Source: a virus (Duplodnaviria > Caudoviricetes). From it: DNA of 29,743 nucleotides. The first letter of the stretch is position 1. The number at the start of each line of letters is the position of its first letter. The stretch is from the IMG/VR virus record IMGVR_UViG_3300031938_000019, positions 1 to 29,743 of that record; one strand, written 5' to 3'. The notes below the pieces were generated by a model that was given only the letters and a program-made list of their open reading frames with translations, was not told where the DNA came from and did not search any database. Shown piece by piece: positions 25,081-29,743 of this stretch. Position numbers and translations under genes: made by a program.

Positions 25081-25600
25081 AGCGGGCCTCCCAGCGACGA
25101 CCAGTAACAGCGATGAACCGAGCCCGCGAGTAGAACTCGACGCCCGGTCGCTTGGTGCCAGGGCGCTCGGGGGCACGAACAAAGGCGTGCAGTCCGTCGC
25201 CGGACATGCTCACCTCGATGTAAAACGAGCTGAGGCGCCGCAGCACCTCGGCAGCTTCCGCCCCAACCAGTCGCCCATCAGCCAGGCAGTGGTCGAAGTC
25301 GTAGCAGGCCAGTCCGCCACCGAGCATCACGCCCAACCCGTTGCCGACGGTCGAACGCTTCACCTTGGCGAAGGTTGACCAGCTCTCCGGGTCCGTCGAG
25401 GACGCCGGGGCGCCTGTCGTGGTGATCGGCCGCTTGCCGTCCCGACGGGTCCAGCGATCCAGTTGCCGCATCTCGGCCGGGATCGTCTCGCGGTCGCGCG
25501 CCCGGTGTGCAGCGACCCGGCAGCGCGTCGAGCAGTACGTGGGGATGCGGCCACGCGCCGGCATCCGCATCGTCTCGCCGCAGGGGCAGGTCAGGAGCAC
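25067..25600 (-). CDS. Stand-alone AEP primase-polymerase domain with N-terminal Zn motif
   Basis: CPC...YCSTRC; IPAEM..W, STDPESWSTF, YDFDHC, EVSMSGDGLH, VEFYS..RFIAVTG. Confidence 0.85.
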   Translation of the reverse strand: MLLTCPCGETMRMPARGRIPTYCSTRCRVAAHRARDRETIPAEMRQLDRWTRRDGKRPITTTGAPASSTDPESWSTFAKVKRSTVGNGLGVMLGGGLACYDFDHCLADGRLVGAEAAEVLRRLSSFYIEVSMSGDGLHAFVRAPERPGTKRPGVEFYSRARFIAVTGRRWEARCEPV

Positions 25601-25859
25601 TCGGCCAGTCTAGCGCAGTTGTAACGATAAGACGGTCTGACCTGCACGATTCCTCGTGTTCAGCAATCCTCCGGCCAGGAGGCCACCGGAGCGGCCCGCC
25701 TAGCTGGCGACCTGCTCTCAGGGCTTGCAGTCCCTCCGAGAGCGCCTCAGGGCAACCACGGAGCCGCCCTCGATGTGGCAAGGGGTTCGGGAGGGGGATT
25801 GGTCCTAGCCGGTGAGGTAACCAGACGCGCGGGGCACGGGGGCGTCCCCCACCCCTTCG
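25601..25859. other. Probable packaging/genome-end (cos-like) region
   Basis: Non-coding gap between HNH and the terminase cassette with G/C runs; exact cut site not identifiable. Confidence 0.4.
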
Positions 25860-26123
25860 TCAGTCGAGCGAACCGGACCGCCGAACGATCGGCGCGAAGT
25901 CACGGTCACCCTTGATCAAGTTGCACCGCTTACCCCGGCTGTTCGGCACGTTGGTATGTGCCGGCCGAAGGTTGCTCGGGTGCTCAGTGCCGCCCTTTAT
26001 GAGTGGCACCACATGGTCAACACCATCGGCACCGTGCTCGCCGCAGATGTGGCAGACGTCGGAGGCGCGGAGGATGCGGGCGTTGCGTTCGGCTCGGGCT
26101 CGACCGCGGATGCGCTCGGTCAT
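25860..26123 (-). CDS. HNH endonuclease (terminase-associated type)
   Basis: CHICG...VDHVVPLIKGG...NLRPAH...CNLIKG. Confidence 0.9.
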   Translation of the reverse strand: MTERIRGRARAERNARILRASDVCHICGEHGADGVDHVVPLIKGGTEHPSNLRPAHTNVPNSRGKRCNLIKGDRDFAPIVRRSGSLD

Positions 26124-26302
26124 CAGCGCGCCGCGTACCTGCGCTCGAGCAGCCGGTTGACCCGCGCCTCGGCGTACACCGCAGCCCGTTGCGTGTCTGC
26201 GTTGGGCGAGTGGTCGAAGTCCTGCCGCGCGTCGAGCAGTTCGAGCCACGCCTCAGCGATGTCCTTGTCGATGCCAGCGAGGGGCGTCAGCGTCTCAGCC
26301 AT
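26123..26302 (-). CDS. Hypothetical protein (59 aa), not in ORF track
   Basis: MAETLTPLAGIDKDIAEAW...RRYAAR; GAGGGG RBS; TGATG coupling to HNH. Confidence 0.7.
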   Translation of the reverse strand: MAETLTPLAGIDKDIAEAWLELLDARQDFDHSPNADTQRAAVYAEARVNRLLERRYAAR

Positions 26303-26399
26303 GTCGTCCCCTCACCACGCTCACGACGGCACCGAGCAGGGCGCCGATCAGGTAGCAGATTGCGACGAAGCGTGCGGCCTCACGGTGGGCGTACGACAT
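26295..26399 (-). CDS. Small single-TM peptide (34 aa)
   Basis: MSYAHREAARFVAICYLIGALLGAVVSVVRGRHG; GGGAG RBS. Confidence 0.5.
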   Translation of the reverse strand: MSYAHREAARFVAICYLIGALLGAVVSVVRGRHG

Positions 26400-26528
26400 C
26401 GCCGCTCCCCGCTTCAACAGGTTTAGCGCGGTTTATCGCCAGGAGGTAAATCCCGGAGATCGGTGCCGGGCCAGCCGTCCCATCACGCACGCACCAGGCG
26501 TCGGCCAAGGGACGGGCCGTGGAATGCG

Positions 26529-26561
26529 CGAGAGCCCCGACCGATTGGGCCGGGGCTCTCG
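26529..26561 (-). terminator. Strong hairpin in presumed late leader
   Basis: CGAGAGCCCCG/CGGGGCTCTCG 11-bp stem; weak U-tract. Confidence 0.5.
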
Positions 26562-26623
26562 TCTGAACTTGGGGTCGCCTCGTCAGCGACACCTCGCATA
26601 CTCAGGCATCAGGTCACCCTCTG

Positions 26624-27352
26624 TCAACTAGCACGCACATCGTGTCGCGCCGTGTCGTCTCGCAGCACGTCGAGCAGATCACCGAGACGCAACCGCTTGA
26701 CCCCATCGTGCGATGGGCGTACTGCGATGCGCTTGCGGTCGAGGTAGTTGCGGATCCGCTGGTGCCCGACCTTGATGCCGCCGACCTCGCCGACGTACTG
26801 CGACGCCTCGCGCGGGGTGACGATCATGTCGGCAGCCCGCAGCAGCAGCCACGCCCGACGCTCGGCCACGTTGTGGGTGACCTCGCACTGTGTGCACGTG
26901 GCCTGATGTGCACCGGCTCGAGCCCACACCTCGGCATGGCAGGTGAGGCCGTCCTCCTCGTACATGCACTGGCCGAGGTACTCGCGCTCCTGCATCCGGT
27001 CGATGGCCCGGTACGCAGCCCGGACCACATGCCCGATGCCGGTCACGATCTCGGCCGCCTTCGGGTGCCGGCGGATGGCGGTGATGTCGTCGCCCCACAG
27101 CGCCAGCTCGACCAGCAGGGAGTCGCGGACGGCGACCACGCCCCAGTTGATGGGCGACTTCTCGTGCGCGCTTCCCTTGCCTGCCTTGCCGCCAGTCGCC
27201 ACCCTTGCCTGCTTGCTGACCGCGACGTTGAGCTGGTCGATGAGCTGAGGCACGGCGGCGAGCATCGTCTCGACGGCGGCGGTGTCGTCGTGGCAGAGCA
27301 GCCCCTCGGGCTGGTGGCATCCGCAGGACGGGCAGATCATCGCGCTACTCAC
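26624..27352 (-). CDS. Zn-ribbon plus C-terminal HTH protein, probable late transcription regulator
   Basis: CPSC, LLCHDD, C..C/CTQC ribbons; VTPREAS...HQRIRNYLDRKRI...LRLGDLL; last gene before late operon (alternative start 27340). Confidence 0.7.
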   Translation of the reverse strand: MSSAMICPSCGCHQPEGLLCHDDTAAVETMLAAVPQLIDQLNVAVSKQARVATGGKAGKGSAHEKSPINWGVVAVRDSLLVELALWGDDITAIRRHPKAAEIVTGIGHVVRAAYRAIDRMQEREYLGQCMYEEDGLTCHAEVWARAGAHQATCTQCEVTHNVAERRAWLLLRAADMIVTPREASQYVGEVGGIKVGHQRIRNYLDRKRIAVRPSHDGVKRLRLGDLLDVLRDDTARHDVRAS

Positions 27353-27515
27353 TGTTCGGTCCCCGTTCGGTAGCGAAACGCACGTACTTGACCTGATCCA
27401 AATCCTTTGGATCGGTAGGCCAATACACGGGCAGCCCACGCTTGACCCGGTCGAGGATCTGCTGCACGTCACGGGGAGGCCAGCCCACGTGGTAGTGCGT
27501 GCGCTCGTCGCTCAC
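27345..27515 (-). CDS. Hypothetical protein (56 aa)
   Basis: GTGA overlap with protease stop; fills gap. Confidence 0.5.
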   Translation of the reverse strand: MSDERTHYHVGWPPRDVQQILDRVKRGLPVYWPTDPKDLDQVKYVRFATERGPNSE

Positions 27516-28186
27516 GCCTTGCGCCCGACCGGAACGGCCGCCTCGCCACCGGACTGGAACAGGATCGAGTCGAGGTCGGCTGGCGTGATGTAGCCGTTTC
27601 CGTTGGCGCCGTAGGACTTCGACCAGGAGTTGCGCCAGCGGTAGAACGGGCCCGCTCCTCGGTAGTTCGGCGAGTATCCGGTGATGACGAGGCAGTGGCC
27701 GCCGACGACATCCCCGGCCACGTTCACGCCACCGTAGCTGTCCGTGTCGTACATCCCCGAGCGCCATTCCACGCCGATGACGACGGGCCCGGTCTGCAGC
27801 GCGGCCCGCAGCTCCGAGAGATTGAACGCCCAGTTGAAGCCGCTGATCCAGCCGCGCTCGCGGGCGACCAACATGCCGGCCCGGACGCTGGTGCCGTTCT
27901 CGCGGGACACACCCTCGAACTCGTCGATCTGGGCGCAGCGGTCGAACACCGCCACGGCGAGCTGGTGGCCCGCCTCGGCGTTGGCGACCCGCCCACGAAC
28001 GGGGGAGGCGAGGTATTCACCGACGACTCCGTGGCCGACACAGGTCCCTTCTTGCCCCTGATCGAGAACCGTTCCGCCGGTCCACCAAATTGCCTGCTGG
28101 GTCAGATCGGCACCAGGGGCGGCCACCCGGTACTGCTTATTGCGCGGGTCAAGCCTTGGCACATAGTCGAGGATTCGGTTCGGCAT
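27512..28186 (-). CDS. Papain-like cysteine peptidase (C1-like)
   Basis: DQGQEGTCVG (Q, C), GGHCLVITGY (H), RNSW (N). Confidence 0.9.
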   Translation of the reverse strand: MPNRILDYVPRLDPRNKQYRVAAPGADLTQQAIWWTGGTVLDQGQEGTCVGHGVVGEYLASPVRGRVANAEAGHQLAVAVFDRCAQIDEFEGVSRENGTSVRAGMLVARERGWISGFNWAFNLSELRAALQTGPVVIGVEWRSGMYDTDSYGGVNVAGDVVGGHCLVITGYSPNYRGAGPFYRWRNSWSKSYGANGNGYITPADLDSILFQSGGEAAVPVGRKA

Positions 28187-28227
28187 GTCGCACCTTTTCT
28201 GTCGTACCGGCGTAGTAATTTACTGGT

Positions 28228-28779
28228 GTGCCTAGTGGACGGCGAGCAACGCCGAAGCAAATGACGTGCGGGGACTGTGGCAAGGAATTCGAGACGTGGG
28301 CGAACCAGCCCGAGCGCTATTGCTCTCCTTCCTGCAAGGGGCGAGCGGCCAGGTTGAGGCGGCCGAAGGACTACAAGAAGACGCAGGACAAGATCTGCCC
28401 ACAATGCGGCGAGGCGTTTCGCGGACAACCGTCCTCCACCTACTGCAGCCGGTCATGCGTTTCCGTCGGGTCGTGGGCCAACGGGCGCCGCAAGGCGCGC
28501 CCCAAGACGCACGATCGGGTCAACTACCGACTGGTGAAGGACTACGGCATCACGCGGGCCGAATACGACGACATGCTTGAGGCTCAGGGCGGAGGATGTG
28601 CAATCTGCGGAGCCCCGATGCGCGACTCGACCCGTATGCGGCTGTGCGTCGACCACTGCCACAACACCGGCAAAGTGCGCGGCCTGTTGTGCGGGCACTG
28701 CAATCGAGGGCTCGGCTCGTTCGGTGACTCCCTCGCAATGCTGGACAAGGCGCGCGCCTACCTGCTGGCCTACCAGTAG
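28228..28779 (+). CDS. Endonuclease VII-family HNH nuclease with tandem N-terminal Zn fingers
   Basis: YGIT..EY..ML..Q.G.CAIC, VDHCH.TGKVRGLLC..CN.GLG.F.D; two CxxC...YCSxxC units. Confidence 0.9.
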   Translation: MPSGRRATPKQMTCGDCGKEFETWANQPERYCSPSCKGRAARLRRPKDYKKTQDKICPQCGEAFRGQPSSTYCSRSCVSVGSWANGRRKARPKTHDRVNYRLVKDYGITRAEYDDMLEAQGGGCAICGAPMRDSTRMRLCVDHCHNTGKVRGLLCGHCNRGLGSFGDSLAMLDKARAYLLAYQ

Positions 28780-28796
28780 GCCCCGGGCTGCTCGCA

Positions 28797-29204
28797 TCAT
28801 TTCCCCCGCACATAGGCCGGCCAACCGGCACCGCCATTGCCTTCGGTCATGAGCCACTGGCTAGCCGAGTTCCCGTCGGCGTCGAGCAGGTCGCCCATGA
28901 GTCGGTCCCAGCCGCCGCTTTCGAAGCAGACGACGCGCAGCGGGGCGGTGCGCTCGAAGATCCACGCGGCCAGGTCGTCGTGCGCCTGCTTGTAGCCCGC
29001 CTCGCCCCGCTCTGGCGTGTCGACCCACGTCAGCCGGATGGGCACGCCGCGCGGGTCTTCGTCGGTGATCCGGTAGGTGCGCCCGTCGAGTTCGATCACC
29101 CGGGAGCGCCGCAGTCGCACGGTGTCTCCGTCCGTGACGCTGACGACGGTCTCCACTCGCCACTCGGTTCCTTCGTGCGGGCTCCACGCCACGTCAGACC
29201 CCAT
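28797..29204 (-). CDS. Thermonuclease (SNase-like) protein
   Basis: VTDGDTV, IRLTWVDTPE, DRLMGDL. Confidence 0.85.
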   Translation of the reverse strand: MGSDVAWSPHEGTEWRVETVVSVTDGDTVRLRRSRVIELDGRTYRITDEDPRGVPIRLTWVDTPERGEAGYKQAHDDLAAWIFERTAPLRVVCFESGGWDRLMGDLLDADGNSASQWLMTEGNGGAGWPAYVRGK

Positions 29205-29433
29205 CGCCAGCCCCCCCAGCCTCGCCCTGACGCTCTGTCGCTGCCGGATCGCTATCCGTGGACCCCCTGGCTACTCCGAGGGTTAGACGGAGGGTTGGGC
29301 ACGGGTTCCGCGCGCCGTCCTCGTAGCAGTAGCCCTCATCCAAGACGGAGTGGAGCGCCGCCACCCGCGCGACCACCGCCCGCAGCGCAGCCACCTCGGC
29401 CCGCAGGTCGCTCACGTACTGATTCGGGCTCAT
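29194..29433 (-). CDS. Hypothetical protein (79 aa)
   Basis: RVAALH...C..D...PCPTLR motif; ATGA overlap. Confidence 0.65.
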   Translation of the reverse strand: MSPNQYVSDLRAEVAALRAVVARVAALHSVLDEGYCYEDGARNPCPTLRLTLGVARGSTDSDPAATERQGEAGGAGDGV

Positions 29434-29741
29434 GCCGCGCTCCTCCGCTTGTGTTGCACTTCGATCCGCACCCGTCCGGTGCAGGCCATGTCGATCGCCT
29501 CGGTCTTGTCTGCGGCCTGCATCCATCGCACGAGCCGGTGGACGGTGGTCTGCACGTTGCTGACGCTCATGTCCAGCTCGGCGCCGATCTGCTTGTAGCG
29601 GTGCCCGGCCTTGAGGTGTTCGAGCACGACCGCCTCCCGTGGCGACAGGGTGACGATCCGAACGCCGTCTGCGGTGGTGCGCGGCCCGGTCGCTGCGGGC
29701 TTCGGTGGGGCGTCTCGGCGGGCCAGTCGCGCCTCGAGCTG
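29430..29741 (-). CDS. LuxR-type HTH regulator (5' truncated by window)
   Basis: LSPREAVVLEHLKAGHRYKQIGAELDMSVSNVQTTVHRL; frame open to window edge. Confidence 0.8.
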   Translation of the reverse strand, partial: QLEARLARRDAPPKPAATGPRTTADGVRIVTLSPREAVVLEHLKAGHRYKQIGAELDMSVSNVQTTVHRLVRWMQAADKTEAIDMACTGRVRIEVQHKRRSAA

Positions 29742-29743
29742 CC

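Larger units (their letters stand above)
1..29743. mobile_element. Actinobacteriophage-like siphovirus genome segment (probably temperate; no integrase or att site visible in window)
   Basis: Syntenic terminase-portal-capsid-tail-lysis operon, repressor-like XRE gene, high GC, no host housekeeping genes. Confidence 0.95.

Noticed and set aside
1-29743. CRISPR array, tRNAs, reverse transcriptase/DGR, introns or inteins
   Set aside because: No repeat-spacer periodicity, cloverleaf or RT motif seen; TerL, portal and capsid are of uninterrupted normal length

Overview
High-GC, actinobacteriophage-type siphovirus segment. The minus strand (about 29743 to 3259) runs from late-early accessory genes (LuxR-type HTH, SNase-like nuclease, papain-like protease, Zn-ribbon/HTH regulator) through HNH, a probable packaging/end region, a stand-alone prim-pol, TerS/TerL, portal, MuF-like protein, scaffold, capsid, head-tail connectors, tail tube, frameshifting tail chaperones, tape measure, Dit, Tal and minor tails. 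It ends with an amidase endolysin, four membrane genes and a tailspike module. The plus strand (1-3181) carries an XRE repressor-like gene and two small operator-controlled, apparently leaderless operons. Between those operons, where temperate actinophages usually carry an integrase, there is no integrase. Instead there is a non-coding stretch of about 600 nt (1911-2500) made almost entirely of helices, with G-U pairs favouring the + strand. It contains a candidate antisense promoter and is followed by an unannotated ribbon-helix-helix gene. This is the best candidate for something new: a large structured ncRNA, possibly an RNA-primed replicon for a plasmid-like prophage. All calls come from motif recognition by eye; no searches or folding programs were run.
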